Shown here piece after piece: positions 50,465 through 61,502 of a stretch of DNA of 64,000 bases; the first letter of the stretch is position 1; each line of letters begins with the position of its first letter. The stretch lies in assembly GCA_031431875.1 (NCBI GenBank), contig JANPEF010000091.1, forward strand, positions 1 to 64,000. The letters are read 5' to 3'. A program made the position numbers and the translations under genes. The notes below the pieces were generated by a model. That model was not told where the DNA came from. It did no database searches and saw only the letters and a program-made list of their open reading frames with translations. The DNA is from Candidatus Eiseniibacteriota bacterium. Its GTDB lineage: Bacteria; Eisenbacteria; RBG-16-71-46; DASYSL01.

Positions 50465-52948
50465 TCACGACCGCATCCTGCCGCGCCACGCCGCCGCGTC
50501 CCCCGGGCGATCGGTCGCCTCGTAGACTTCGACGAGTGCCTTCACCGCGCGCTGCACTCCCGGATCGCCGTCGTCGCCGGAGAGGGCGCGCAGGATCGCG
50601 TGCGCGCCCAGGAGCTCGGGCTCGGCTTCGCGAGGCCGATCCAGTCCGACGAGCGCCTCGCCCAGGGCGAGTTGCGTGATCCCGATCCCGACGTAGCCGG
50701 GCGGCATCACGCGGCGGGTGGAGGCGAGCGCGCGACGCAGGATCGCCTCGGCCTCGGTAAACCTCTCCAGCCGGTTGTACACGCGGCCGAGATTCGTCAT
50801 CGAGACGAGCACTTCCGGATGCTCTTCGCCCAACGCGCGGCGGCTGATCTCGTAGTCGATCCGGTACAGCGGCTCGGCTTTTTCGGGGCGACCGCTTCGC
50901 GCGTAGATCACGGCGAGGTTGTTGAGCGCCTGCATCGTCTCGGGATGCTCGGGCCCGAACAGCCGGCGGCGCCCCTTCAGCGCGCCCACGGCGAGGGACT
51001 CGGCCCCCGCGAAGTCCCCGGCCTGGTTCCGCGCCCACGCCAGGTTGTGCATCACGGTGAAGGTGAAGCGATCGTCGACCGGCACGAGGCGGCGCTGCGC
51101 CGCGAGCGTGAGCGTGAGCAGGCTCTCGGCGCTCGTCGAACGCCCATCCTCGGTGTAGAGCAGTCCGAGGTCGTTCATCGCCTGCACGACGTCGTGGCTC
51201 CCGTCACCGAACGTGCGCCGGTGGCCCGCAAGCGCGGCCAGGTACAGGGGCTCGGCCTCGGCGACCCGCCCCTGCGACACGAAGAGCGCCCCGAGCTGCT
51301 GCGCGACGCGCAGGCCGTCCGTGTGGCCCGCGCCGTCGACACTGTCGTACAACGCGCGCGCGGTGACGAGCGTCGGCTCGGCCTGGTCGAACAGTCCAAG
51401 CTTGAAGTACGTGTCCCCGATCGAGCTCAGGAGCTGCGCCCGGATGCGCGGCCGGTCCGCGAACTGAACGGCCGCCGCGGCGATCGCCTCGGCGAGCACG
51501 TTCTCGTCGAGGACACGCAGCGCAGCGTCGGTCGTGTTGATGTCCGCCAGGTGTGCGTGGAGCGACGCGACGGCCGCGGCGACCGCGGCCTCGGATCGAC
51601 CGGCATCGCGCAGGGAGGTCGCCAGCCGCGCGGCCAGGTCGGCCTCGAGCCGGCGCGCCATGGTGAGCGCGTCGATCCCGCCGAGCATGTTGCGCTGGAA
51701 CTCGACGACGGCCTCGGTGTCGAGGCGCGCCTGCTCGGCCGCGCGGCGCTGCGTCGCCTCGCGCAGCCCGAATGTGGTCGTGGCGACGATGCCTGCCAGG
51801 AGCGCAATCATCGTGGCCGCGACACCGACGACCAGCGAGCGGTTGCGCCGGGAGAACTTGCGGAGCCGGTCGAGCGTGCTCGGGCTCCTCGCCAGGATGG
51901 GGCGCGAATCGAGGTGGCGCTCGACGTCTTCGGCCAGCGCGGCGGCGCTGGGGTAGCGCCGATCGGCCTCCTTCTCCAGCGCCTTGCCGACGATCGTCTC
52001 GAGGTCGCCATCGACAGGACGCGTCCCCTTCCAGGCGTGGCGGAGCGACGACGGCGGCTGCTCGCAGATGATGCGCACCGCCTCGGGGATCGACGCCGTC
52101 TGCGTGTCGTAGGGGCGCGCGCCCGTGAGCATCTCGTAGAGCAGCACGCCGAGCGCGTACACGTCGGTGCGCAGGTCGACCTGGTCGGAGTCGCCGCGCG
52201 CCTGCTCGGGGCTCATGTACGGCAGGGTGCCCTTGATCTCGCCGACTTCCGAGACCGCGGTCGCCGCCTCGACGTCGGACTCCGTGATGCGGGCGAGCCC
52301 GAAGTCGAGGATCTTCACCTCGGGCAGGCCCCGCGATCCGCCGCGGCTGTCGGACGCGGTGGTCGCGGTCGTGATCGCGCTCGAGGCTTCTTCGAGTTCG
52401 GCGACGACGATATTCGACGGCTTGAGGTCGCGGTGGATGACGCCGCGCTGGTGTGCATAGTTGACCGCGCCGCAGATCGCGAGGAAGAGCCGGAGCCGCA
52501 GGCGCAGCTCGGCCGCGTCGACCGGCGTCGGGCGCGCGCGCAACCACGCGCCGAGCGAGGCGCCCCGCACCAGCTCCATGGCGAAGAAGTGCTCGCCGGC
52601 ATCCGTGTGGCCGGCCTCGTAGATGGCGGCGATGTTCGGATGCTTGAGCCGGGCGAGCGTGTCGACCTCGCGCTGGAAGAGCCGGACCTGCTGCTCGTCG
52701 ACGAACGAGCCGCCGCGGATGACCTTGAGCGCGACGTGTCGCCGCGGGTGCTCCTGCTCGGCCTCGAACACGATGCCCATGCCACCCTCGCCGAGCCGGC
52801 CGAGGATGCGGAAGCGCCCGATCGTCGCGGGGAGCCCCGCCCTGCGCGCAGGCGTCGAGGCGGCGATGCGGGGCGGCCCCGCAGGCGCGACCGTTGCGTC
52901 GTTGTCGGGTGTCGGGTCGCCGGGGGACTCGGGATTCACGGGGTCCAT
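50465..52948 (-). CDS. Ser/Thr protein kinase with TM helix and TPR repeats
   Basis: GEGGMG, VALK, HRDLKPSN, DFGLA, YMSPEQ; kinesin-light-chain-like TPRs. Confidence 0.95.
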   Translation of the reverse strand: MDPVNPESPGDPTPDNDATVAPAGPPRIAASTPARRAGLPATIGRFRILGRLGEGGMGIVFEAEQEHPRRHVALKVIRGGSFVDEQQVRLFQREVDTLARLKHPNIAAIYEAGHTDAGEHFFAMELVRGASLGAWLRARPTPVDAAELRLRLRLFLAICGAVNYAHQRGVIHRDLKPSNIVVAELEEASSAITTATTASDSRGGSRGLPEVKILDFGLARITESDVEAATAVSEVGEIKGTLPYMSPEQARGDSDQVDLRTDVYALGVLLYEMLTGARPYDTQTASIPEAVRIICEQPPSSLRHAWKGTRPVDGDLETIVGKALEKEADRRYPSAAALAEDVERHLDSRPILARSPSTLDRLRKFSRRNRSLVVGVAATMIALLAGIVATTTFGLREATQRRAAEQARLDTEAVVEFQRNMLGGIDALTMARRLEADLAARLATSLRDAGRSEAAVAAAVASLHAHLADINTTDAALRVLDENVLAEAIAAAAVQFADRPRIRAQLLSSIGDTYFKLGLFDQAEPTLVTARALYDSVDGAGHTDGLRVAQQLGALFVSQGRVAEAEPLYLAALAGHRRTFGDGSHDVVQAMNDLGLLYTEDGRSTSAESLLTLTLAAQRRLVPVDDRFTFTVMHNLAWARNQAGDFAGAESLAVGALKGRRRLFGPEHPETMQALNNLAVIYARSGRPEKAEPLYRIDYEISRRALGEEHPEVLVSMTNLGRVYNRLERFTEAEAILRRALASTRRVMPPGYVGIGITQLALGEALVGLDRPREAEPELLGAHAILRALSGDDGDPGVQRAVKALVEVYEATDRPGDAAAWRGRMRS

Positions 52949-52951
52949 GGA

Positions 52952-53041
52952 TCAGAACACCAGCTTGTAGCCGAGCAGGATCGACAGGGCAGAGATGCGC
53001 GGCATGGCGAAGCCTCCGGGAGAGCGAATGTCGAGCTGCAT
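52952..53041 (-). pseudogene. Tiny ORF (…MPRISALSILLGYKLVF), probable collapsed outer-membrane protein gene
   Basis: RBS before ATG 53041 and before ATG 53005; signal-peptide-like start fused to a beta-signal-like GYKLVF end; tail homologous to 61503-61530. Confidence 0.45.
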
Positions 53042-53192
53042 GGCGGACTCTCCTGTAGTTGGCGGGTCGGGTCAAGCCGACCATCACCGCCCGGTCCGAG
53101 CGCACGACCCGCAGCGGCAGCTTGCCCTCCGCCGTGGTCGAGCGTAGAGTCCCTGCCTCGCCGTCCGGACGCCGATCCTCGGAGATCCCCCC

Positions 53193-56100
53193 ATGCTCGC
53201 ACGCCTGGCTTGTGCCGCGTCGCTCCTCCTGCTCGTTGTCGTCCTCCCCGCCCACGCCCAGTCCATGCGCACGCTCGACCCGGGCAGCAGCGCGTGGAGC
53301 GCACCCGTCGGGGCCGAGCCGTGCATGGCCGAGGACGACCTCGTGCGGCGGCTCGCGGCCGATCCCACGCTCGCCGCGCGGCGCGAGTTGTTCGAGCAGT
53401 TGGTCGCTGAGGCGACTCGCCAGAAGCTGATCGGCGGCACGACCAACGCGGGACCTTCCTACGTGATCCCGGTGGCGGTGCACATCGTGCACATGGGCGG
53501 AGTCGAGAACATCTCGGACCAGCAGGTGCTGAGCCAGATCTACGCGCTCAACCGGGACTTCGCCGACTCGACGGGCAACGGCGCACCGGCGGTCGATACG
53601 AAGATCTCGTTCTGCCTGGCGCAGAACCTGCCGGCGACGAGCAGCGTGGTCTGGTCGACCACGCCCGGCATCACGCGCACGTTCTCGACGCAGACGAATC
53701 ACACCTACGGCAGCTTCGTCAGCGAGCAGGCGCTCAAGGCGATCGACTACCTGCCCTCGACCGGCTACCTGAACATCTGGGTGGTGAAGGCGATCAGCGG
53801 CGGCTCGGGGGGCGTAGCCGGCTACGCGACGTTCCCGGGCACGGTGCCGGCGACGCTCGACGGCATCGTCATCCGCGCCGACGCGTTCGGCAGCAACTTC
53901 ACGCCGTTCGGCTCGGGCTACACGCTGCTGCCCGTCAACGACGATGGCAAGATCATGACGCACGAGGCCGGCCACTGGCTGAACCTGTTCCACACGTTCC
54001 ACGGTGGATGCTCCACTACCGGCGACCAGGTCGCCGACACGCCAAAGGAGCAGGTGAACCGCACGGGTTGCCCGACGACGTCGCTGGCCAGCTGCACCGC
54101 GGTCGCCGACCCGATCGAGAACTTCATGGACTACACGAACGACGCCTGCCGCTTCGCCTTCACCGCGGGGCAGCAGGTGCGCATGCAGACCGCGCTCGGC
54201 GCGCACCGCGCCGGCCTGGTGAGCGCGGCGAACCTGCTCGCCGCCGGCTGCTCGAGCGGGCTCGATCCGTTGATCATCCTGACGCCGGGCCAGCTCTGTT
54301 CCGGCGGCACGGTGCAGGCGACGACGACCGCGCAGGCAGCCGGCATGACCTACGCGTGGTCGTTCCCCGGCGGGACGCCGGCGGCTGCTGCGACGCAGAG
54401 CGCGTCGACGACGTACCCCACACCGGGTGTGTACCCCGTCACGCTCACGGTCACGACCGCGGCGAATGCGAGCGCGACGAACACGAAGTCCGTCTACGTC
54501 CTTGCCTGCACGCCGATCGCGAACACCTGCACCAACTGGACGTTCGGCCTCAACCAGGGCCTCAGCTTCGCGACCGGGGCCCCCGTCGCCGTGGCGGGCC
54601 GGATCCCGGCGGCCATCGAGGCGGGAACGACGATGTCCGACGCGGGGGGAAACCTCCTGTTCTACTCCGATGGCGTGCGCGCGATCGACCGGACGGACAA
54701 CGTCATGCCGAACGGCAACGGCCTCCTCGCCGGCGGCAGTTCGCACACCGGCATCATCACCTTCCCCCGTCCCGGCTCGAGCACGCAGTACTTCCTGTTC
54801 GCCATGATGATGCTGGAAGACTCCCCGGTGCCGAACCCGCTCACCTACAGCGTCGTGGACATGACCCTGAACGGCGGACTGGGCGACATCCCGTTCGGGC
54901 AGAAGAACCTGCCCGTCACCCTGCCGGGCAATCCCACGTTCACGATGGAGGCGCTGGCCGCGATCCCGCACTGCGGCGGACAGGCGTGGTTCGTGATCTC
55001 GCACGGCGGCTATCTCGACGCATTCAAGATCTACGTCACGGTGGTCACCAGCGCGGGCCCGGTCTCGACCAACGTCTACCCGATCGGTCTCGACGTGCCG
55101 GGCACGACGGGCGGCTCGATTCGCCCCACGCCGGACGGTACCAAGTTCGTGATCACCGGCGCGGCGACGAAGGAGCTGGCGATCTACGACTTCAACCGCT
55201 CGACCGGAGCGGTGACCGTTTCGCTGCCGCCGACCATGCTCGAAGTGGGCGGCGACGCGCTCCTGAGCCCGAACAAGCAGCTCGTCTACTACACGTTCAG
55301 CGACAGCGGCGTGTACGGGCTGCGCCAGGTCAAGCTGTCGACGATGGAAGTGCGCGAGATCATCCGCAACTCCGCGGGCCCGATCGCGCCCGGCCCCGAC
55401 GGGAAGATCTACATGGCACCGGGCTCGCAGAACGCGCTCCACACGGTCAACTACCCGGACCTGTTCAACACGCAGAACCTGAACGAGTGCGGCTTCAATC
55501 CCCTGAGCGTGCCGCTGGCGTCGGCCAGCACCCTGTTCGGGGCGCTGCCGAACAACGTCGTCGCCTGCACCGGATCCCTTCTCCCCGCTGCGTTCACGGC
55601 CAAGGTGACGAACTGCCTCACCGTCCAGTTCACGACCACGAACTGCGGGGGCCCGGCCACCTGGAACTTTGGCGACGCCTCGGGCGGAAGCGGTCTGACG
55701 GTCTCGCACACGTACGCCGCACCAGGAACGTACACGGTGACGCTGACGGCAACCGGCTCGAACCCGAGCGTGGCCACGCAGACGATCCCGCTCGGCCTGG
55801 CGCCAGTATCGATCGCGGGCGCGAACACGGCGTGCACGACGGCGCAGAACTACTCGGCGATCGGGCCGGCTTCCTACACCTACGCGTGGTCGACCTCGGG
55901 AGGCACGCCGACGAACGCGAGCGGCAACAACATCGACGTCGTCTGGCTCCCGACCGGCGGCACGCTCACCCTCACCGTGACCGACTCGACCACGGGCTGC
56001 ACGCAATCGATCGCGAAGCTGGTGGGCCCCTGCCCGGTGTGCAAGTCGCCGCCGCTCAACATGAACGCCTGGTGGCCACTCGACGAACCGACGGGTCCGA

Positions 56101-57782
56101 CCGCCCTCGAGACCGTGCTCGGCAGCCACGCCACCGACGTGGGCGCTCCGCTGCACGTGCCCGGCATGGTGCGTCGCGCCCGCTCGTTCGACGGCGCGAC
56201 GCAGTGGCTGGAGGCGAACGACGCGCCCGGGCTCAACTTCGGTGCCGGCGACCTGACGATCGACGCGTGGGTCCGCACGGAAGCGGCGACGGGCATCCGG
56301 CGCATCGTCGACAAGCGCACGCCCGATCCGGCGCAGGGCTACTCGCTGTACCTGAAGAACGGGCGCCTCGCGCTGGGCCTGGGCGCGCCGCCCAACGCCT
56401 CGATGAGCGAGTACTGGTCGCCCACGGCGCCGTTCGTGGCCGACGGGCAGTGGCACCACGTCGCGGGCGTGCTCGAGCGCGCCGACGCGCTCGCGGGAAC
56501 GCGCCTGTACGTCGATGGCAGCCTGGTCGCCAGCTGGCCCGCATTCGATCCGGCAGGCAACCTGACGAACACCGAGAAGCTGCGGATCGGCGCGGGCGTG
56601 GGCTTCGGCCCGCCGGTCGAACACTTCCCCGGCGAGATCGACGAGGTCGAGCTGTTCCAGCGCGCCCTCTCGGCGAGCGCGATCCTCGGCGTCGCCCAGG
56701 CCGACACGCTGGGCAAGTGCAAGGAGTTCGTCTACGTGCCGGCGGTGAGCAGCCTGTGCCGGGATCGCAACGACGTCACGGTGACCATTTCGGTCTGCAA
56801 CTACTCGACGGCGGCGCAGAGCTATCAGCTGACGTTCGCCGGGCTGCCTGCGACGCCGCCGTGCACGTTCCCCGGACCGACCACGTTCCAGGTGATCGGA
56901 CCCAATCCGGTCACCGTCCCGGCCAACGGCTGCGTGGCGGTGCAGGTGAAGATCACGCGGCCGGTCGCGATGCCGCTCAACACGAACGCGTGCTGGCAGG
57001 TGACCGCGACGAACACGGCGACGAACCTGCCGATCGTGGGCCAGGGCACGGTCGTCGCGGCCCGCCGCTGGTGCGACCTGATCGCCGTGCCGTTCCTCGA
57101 CGGTGGGATCGGCCTGGGCGGAACCGGGGCATCAGCGCACCTGCGCTTCAAGGCGACGAACGAGTCGGGCGGGCCGCTGACGGTGCCGTACACGATCACG
57201 GTCGTGGCCGCGCCGGGCTCGGAGGGCGACACCGGTGGCGGCGGGCTCGGCGATCCGCCGGGCGTGATGCTGAACGGCCTGCCGCCGGGGGCACCGCTGA
57301 CGGGCGACGTCGTGCTGGCGAACGGCGCGACGGCGGACATCGAAGTCGAGGCGACGTTCGCCGAGCCGCGCTCGTTCCGGTTCTACGACGTGGTGCTGCG
57401 CATGGACGACGACGAGGATGGCGGTGGGGATGCGCTGGCCGCGCACGGGCTCACGTTCCGGGAGGGCGGGTCGCCGTCGGTGGACGTGCCGCCGCCACCC
57501 GCCGCGATCGCCCTGCCGTCCCGGATCGAACTGGGCGCACCGTGGCCGAACCCGGTGACGGGGCGGACGACGGTGCGCTTCGCGCTACCGCGCGCCGGCG
57601 CCATCTCGCTCGCGCTGTACGACATTGCCGGACGTCGCGTACGCATGCTGCACCACGGCGAGGCGGTGGCGGGCCCGGGGGCGCTGCAGGTCGACTGCGC
57701 CGGGCTGCCGCGCGGGCTCTACTTCCTGCGACTGGCGCTTGAAGGCGAATCGGCGGCGCAGCGGATCACGGTCGTGCGTTAG
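53193..57782 (+). CDS. Secreted M43 (pappalysin/ulilysin-like) metalloprotease with PKD, beta-propeller, LamG and T9SS-like C-terminal domains
   Basis: HEAGHWLNLFHTF, NFMDY Met-turn, WSFPGG/WNFGD PKD motifs, LamG DGQWHHV..GEIDEV, CTD PNP..LYDIAGRRV..GLYFLRL. Confidence 0.92.
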   Translation: MLARLACAASLLLLVVVLPAHAQSMRTLDPGSSAWSAPVGAEPCMAEDDLVRRLAADPTLAARRELFEQLVAEATRQKLIGGTTNAGPSYVIPVAVHIVHMGGVENISDQQVLSQIYALNRDFADSTGNGAPAVDTKISFCLAQNLPATSSVVWSTTPGITRTFSTQTNHTYGSFVSEQALKAIDYLPSTGYLNIWVVKAISGGSGGVAGYATFPGTVPATLDGIVIRADAFGSNFTPFGSGYTLLPVNDDGKIMTHEAGHWLNLFHTFHGGCSTTGDQVADTPKEQVNRTGCPTTSLASCTAVADPIENFMDYTNDACRFAFTAGQQVRMQTALGAHRAGLVSAANLLAAGCSSGLDPLIILTPGQLCSGGTVQATTTAQAAGMTYAWSFPGGTPAAAATQSASTTYPTPGVYPVTLTVTTAANASATNTKSVYVLACTPIANTCTNWTFGLNQGLSFATGAPVAVAGRIPAAIEAGTTMSDAGGNLLFYSDGVRAIDRTDNVMPNGNGLLAGGSSHTGIITFPRPGSSTQYFLFAMMMLEDSPVPNPLTYSVVDMTLNGGLGDIPFGQKNLPVTLPGNPTFTMEALAAIPHCGGQAWFVISHGGYLDAFKIYVTVVTSAGPVSTNVYPIGLDVPGTTGGSIRPTPDGTKFVITGAATKELAIYDFNRSTGAVTVSLPPTMLEVGGDALLSPNKQLVYYTFSDSGVYGLRQVKLSTMEVREIIRNSAGPIAPGPDGKIYMAPGSQNALHTVNYPDLFNTQNLNECGFNPLSVPLASASTLFGALPNNVVACTGSLLPAAFTAKVTNCLTVQFTTTNCGGPATWNFGDASGGSGLTVSHTYAAPGTYTVTLTATGSNPSVATQTIPLGLAPVSIAGANTACTTAQNYSAIGPASYTYAWSTSGGTPTNASGNNIDVVWLPTGGTLTLTVTDSTTGCTQSIAKLVGPCPVCKSPPLNMNAWWPLDEPTGPTALETVLGSHATDVGAPLHVPGMVRRARSFDGATQWLEANDAPGLNFGAGDLTIDAWVRTEAATGIRRIVDKRTPDPAQGYSLYLKNGRLALGLGAPPNASMSEYWSPTAPFVADGQWHHVAGVLERADALAGTRLYVDGSLVASWPAFDPAGNLTNTEKLRIGAGVGFGPPVEHFPGEIDEVELFQRALSASAILGVAQADTLGKCKEFVYVPAVSSLCRDRNDVTVTISVCNYSTAAQSYQLTFAGLPATPPCTFPGPTTFQVIGPNPVTVPANGCVAVQVKITRPVAMPLNTNACWQVTATNTATNLPIVGQGTVVAARRWCDLIAVPFLDGGIGLGGTGASAHLRFKATNESGGPLTVPYTITVVAAPGSEGDTGGGGLGDPPGVMLNGLPPGAPLTGDVVLANGATADIEVEATFAEPRSFRFYDVVLRMDDDEDGGGDALAAHGLTFREGGSPSVDVPPPPAAIALPSRIELGAPWPNPVTGRTTVRFALPRAGAISLALYDIAGRRVRMLHHGEAVAGPGALQVDCAGLPRGLYFLRLALEGESAAQRITVVR

Positions 57783-57809
57783 GCGCCGCGACGTGGTGCC
57801 CCGCCCGGT

Positions 57810-58100
57810 TCAACCGGCCTCGGACTCGTGCTCCTTCAGCATCTGCTGGATCTCCTCGAGGACGAATGCGTTGAGCTGGATGACGCGGGCTGCCGCGCGG
57901 AAGGCCGGCGGCACGATGGCACGGGCCTCCTCCTTGCTGGCGACTTCGACGGTGAACCATGCCTTGTGCTCGCCGTCCTTGCAGCCCCAATCGGCATGCG
58001 TGAGAAAGTGGGAGCCGCTCTTGAGCAGCACCTCGACCGCTCGCAAGCAGGACTGCATCGTCGCCTCGTGCGGGACCTCGATCAGGAATTTCACGCTCAT
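57810..58100 (-). CDS. Small hypothetical protein
   Basis: 96-aa ORF with RBS GAGGG; typical codon usage; FLTHADWGCKDGEHKAW. Confidence 0.7.
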   Translation of the reverse strand: MSVKFLIEVPHEATMQSCLRAVEVLLKSGSHFLTHADWGCKDGEHKAWFTVEVASKEEARAIVPPAFRAAARVIQLNAFVLEEIQQMLKEHESEAG

Positions 58101-58167
58101 CGCTCAACCCTCCGTGTTGCGAGGCGGCCGCCCGGAGCGGCGACCGCCTCCTGTCGCCCCTGTTTCG

Positions 58168-59045
58168 CTACTGTCGCGCCATGGCGATGCGCATCGCATC
58201 CTGCGGCGTGATCAGGTGATCCGAGTTCTCGGCGGCTTCATCAATGGCGAGCTGCACGCCCTTGATCCGCCCGTTGAACCCGTTGCCCTGCGAGCCGTAG
58301 TCCTCGGACACGAGAGCCCCGGTGTCCTCGCCCACGTCGCAGCCATCGTCGGCGGAGTAGATCATCGCCAGTGTCGCAGGGATGACTTCCTCGCCGACCT
58401 GCTTGCCGTCGGTGAACAGCGTCACCTTGCCGCCCTTCGCGTACAGGCTCCACCCGCCGATGTGCGCGCCCTGCGCGATGATGACGCCCTCGGCGCCGCC
58501 CTTGGGAACGACGATCTCGGCGGTGACGGAGTGCGACTTGTTCTTGAGGTTGAGCACGCAGTTCTCGGACAGGTGCCCCATGCCGCCGAACAGGATCTGG
58601 GTCTTCCCCTTGATCAGCACGGGACGACCGGCAGTGTCGGGGTTCATCTTCTCCATGATCCGGTCGTCGATCGGCAGGACCTTGTAGCGTGTCGCCTCGA
58701 TGATCCACAGGCGCTGCAACTCGTGCAGCTTCTGCGGCATCTGCCTGGCGAGGTCGTTGGCCTGGCTCCAGTCCTTCGTCGTGTCGTACAGCTCCCACAC
58801 GTCGTCGTCGAGCGGGATGCTCGGTGCCTGGATCCACGGTGTCACGTGCCGGGTCACCGCGGTCCACCCCTTGTGGTAGATGCCGCGGTTGCCGAACATC
58901 TCGAAGTACTGCGTCTCGTGGCGCTCCGCCGCCTTCGCATCGTCGAAGGCGTAGAGCATGCTGACGCCTTCGATGGCATCCTGCTGCACCCCGTTCACCG
59001 AGACGGGCTGCGGCAGGCCCGCCGCCTCGAGAACGGTCGGGGCAC
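58168..59045 (-). pseudogene. Arylsulfatase C-terminal fragment (5' truncated, internal deletion)
   Basis: APTVLEAAGLP..VNGVQQ..EGVSM, RHETQYFEMFGNRGIYHKGW, WELYD..DWSQANDLA, KNKSHSVTAE; lacks the catalytic CxPxR N-terminus. Confidence 0.85.
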
Positions 59046-59157
59046 GGCGTGGGAATCGGGTGGGATAGTAGCATCGGACCACGGCTGGCGACACGGAATC
59101 CCCGCCCGCGGCGTGAACCACGCGCGGGGATCGTCGCTTCCCGGAGCAGGTCGCGCC

Positions 59158-59313
59158 CTACTTCAGGTACGTGACCCGCACCTTCTTCGCCTCGTTGCCG
59201 ATGCGCATCTGGATGAAGTACATGCCGCTCCGCGCGGTCGCGCCGCGCTCGTCCCGGCCGTTCCACACCACGACGTAGCGCCCTGCCGACTGCGTGTCGA
59301 CGGCCAGCGTGCG
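59158..59313 (-). repeat. Orphan duplicate of the 3' end (CTD) of gene 61944..64000
   Basis: 156 bp matching 61944..62099 with 7 mismatches by eye; downstream hairpin also conserved. Confidence 0.9.
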
Positions 59314-59345
59314 GGCTCAGCCGCGCGCTGCCGGTGTCATCCAAA

Positions 59346-61361
59346 TCAGCGCGCGACGATCACGCGTTCGACGCGCTGCTCGGCCCCGAACTCGAATCGC
59401 GCGAGATAGACACCGGAGGCGAGCTTGCGACCGGCGTCGTCGAGTCCATCCCACGCCACACTCTGCGCGCCCGCCTGGAAAGACGCGTCGGCCACGGTGC
59501 GGCGGCGGCGGCCGGCGTGGTCGTAGAGCGCGAGACGCACATGGCCCTCGCGCGGCAGGGCGAACCGAAAGCGTCCACCGGCCGACGTGGGGTTGGGCGC
59601 CAGCCCGGCGAACGCGAGCGTGGAGCCGCCGGAACCCGCGGGCACGTCGACCGCTGCACAGGTGGCGATGTCGCACGCCGGAATCGCTGCATTGGGGGTG
59701 ATGGACCCGCAGGCACCTCCGCCGGCCTGCGTGACGGTCAAGTTGCTCGCGAGGGCTCCCTGACCCCCGGCCTGGCCGTTGTTTCCATCCCCGTCCGGGG
59801 TGCCCTCCGCGAGGGGAGCCGAAACCCCGCCGGTGCCGCCGGCCCCTGCCGAGCCGCCGTTGATCACGACGTTCACGTTGTTGGCGACGACTCCACCACA
59901 ACTGACGAAGGCGACACTTGCGCCACCACCACCACCACCACCGCCACCAGCGTGTCCGCCGTGAGCTCCCGCGCCGCCCCGGCCCCCGCGCCGCCCATTG
60001 GTGCCAAGGCCACCCGATCCGCCAAGCCCACCCTCCTGCCCGCGGCCGCCCGTGCCACCGCTGCCCCCGCTCCCCCCAGTTCCGCGGGTGATCACGCAGT
60101 CCTGGATGTCGAGATGTGACGCGGCGAGAAGGATCCCATAGCTGCCGCCCCCGGCCCCGCCGGCACCACCGGCGCCAGTTGCCGCACATCCCCCGGCCCC
60201 GCCGCCGCCGCCGCCTGCACCGTAGGCGTCGACCCCGGAGTCACAACCTCCCTCGCCGCCACCTCCGCCGCCGCCCCCACCGTTCGCCCCGAGCTGACCC
60301 GCTGTTCCCGCGGCCGCGACAAGAAAACCTGCAGCCAGGCTCGGGGTCGAGCTTCCGCCCGATCCGCCGCTGCCATTCTGCAGGTGTCCCGGGTTGCCCG
60401 TTCCTCCCGACGTGCAAAACGATCCCCCGTCTCCACCGGTCCCCAGGAGCGCGAGGACGTGCGCGGCGCTGCCTCCCACGTTCCCGGGCCTGGCCTCGAA
60501 GTTGTTGTTGAATAGCTCGCAGTGGGTGTCCATGGTGCCGCCCGTGCCGCCGTCTCCACCGTTCGGCAGGACGACTCCCGCGCACGTGTTCGTCCCGCCC
60601 GGCCCGGCCGATCCGCGAGACGCGTCGTTGCACGTCGTGGCGAACTGATCGCCGGTGCCACCGGAACCGCCATTCCTCCCCGCCGTGCGCGGGATGTTCA
60701 TCGCATCGCTCCCGTTTGCGCCGCCCGCCCCGGCCACACCATTGCCGGCAATCAGCGTCACGTCGCGCAGGACGAGGTTTGACTGCAGGGCATGAATGAC
60801 ATACGAGCTCTTGCCCGAGATTCCGGTCAACCCCTGGGCAGCGGCGCCGACCAGGACGAGATTGCTCAGCACGGGTGCCGTCACGAGATTACTCAGAAGG
60901 ACGGTCCTGGTCTGGCCCTGCACCTGGTTCGCCACCCCGATGATGCGGACACGATGGGCCAGGTCGGCGCGCGGACCGAGCTGCCAGTTCGTGTCGAATC
61001 CGCCAGTGAGCGCGATTCCGTCGTGCAGGGTGATCGTCCCGGTGTAGTCGCCGGCCTGCACGAAGACACAGGACAGGCCATCCTCGACCGCGCGATCGAG
61101 TCCCTTCTGGACCGTACGGCAGGGTGTGCCGGGTGTGAGGCCGCAGGTCGGACCATCGATGCCGGTCGTTGTCACCAGGATGCCGCAGGTCAACGACTGC
61201 AGGCGCACCGGACCGTTGACGCTGACGCCGGACGCCGGGGCTGCGAAGGCGGCCGGGAGCGGTCCAAGGATGCCCAGGCAGGCTGCGAGAATTACGTGCA
61301 CCAGGTGGCACGGACGAATCGTCGGGATGACCCGGGCGGGTCCAGCGATCCACGGAAACAT
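59346..61361 (-). CDS. Secreted glycine-rich protein with FlgD/T9SS-like C-terminal domain
   Basis: RBS AAGGAG; signal peptide; DUF1565-like PCRTVQKG; PE-PGRS-like Gly repeats; CTD PNP..LYDHAGR..WDGLDDAGRKLASGVY. Confidence 0.85.
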   Translation of the reverse strand: MFPWIAGPARVIPTIRPCHLVHVILAACLGILGPLPAAFAAPASGVSVNGPVRLQSLTCGILVTTTGIDGPTCGLTPGTPCRTVQKGLDRAVEDGLSCVFVQAGDYTGTITLHDGIALTGGFDTNWQLGPRADLAHRVRIIGVANQVQGQTRTVLLSNLVTAPVLSNLVLVGAAAQGLTGISGKSSYVIHALQSNLVLRDVTLIAGNGVAGAGGANGSDAMNIPRTAGRNGGSGGTGDQFATTCNDASRGSAGPGGTNTCAGVVLPNGGDGGTGGTMDTHCELFNNNFEARPGNVGGSAAHVLALLGTGGDGGSFCTSGGTGNPGHLQNGSGGSGGSSTPSLAAGFLVAAAGTAGQLGANGGGGGGGGGEGGCDSGVDAYGAGGGGGGAGGCAATGAGGAGGAGGGSYGILLAASHLDIQDCVITRGTGGSGGSGGTGGRGQEGGLGGSGGLGTNGRRGGRGGAGAHGGHAGGGGGGGGGASVAFVSCGGVVANNVNVVINGGSAGAGGTGGVSAPLAEGTPDGDGNNGQAGGQGALASNLTVTQAGGGACGSITPNAAIPACDIATCAAVDVPAGSGGSTLAFAGLAPNPTSAGGRFRFALPREGHVRLALYDHAGRRRRTVADASFQAGAQSVAWDGLDDAGRKLASGVYLARFEFGAEQRVERVIVAR

Positions 61362-61502
61362 GGGCGGCTCCTTGCAGTTCGCGCACGGATTGAGGCTGAA
61401 CAGGCGGGGCGATTCCGGATGTGCGCCGGTGTCGAATGGCGAAACATCATACACCCAGACGGGGGAGCTCACAAGGTTCGGGGAGCTTTCGTGGACCATG
61501 GA

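Noticed and set aside
51204..56624. Very long alternative-frame or antisense ORFs (e.g. 51204..56624, 40524..43739, 16783..19503, 54008..57742)
   Set aside because: Arg/Gly/Ala-rich shadow ORFs overlapping well-supported genes; expected at high GC.
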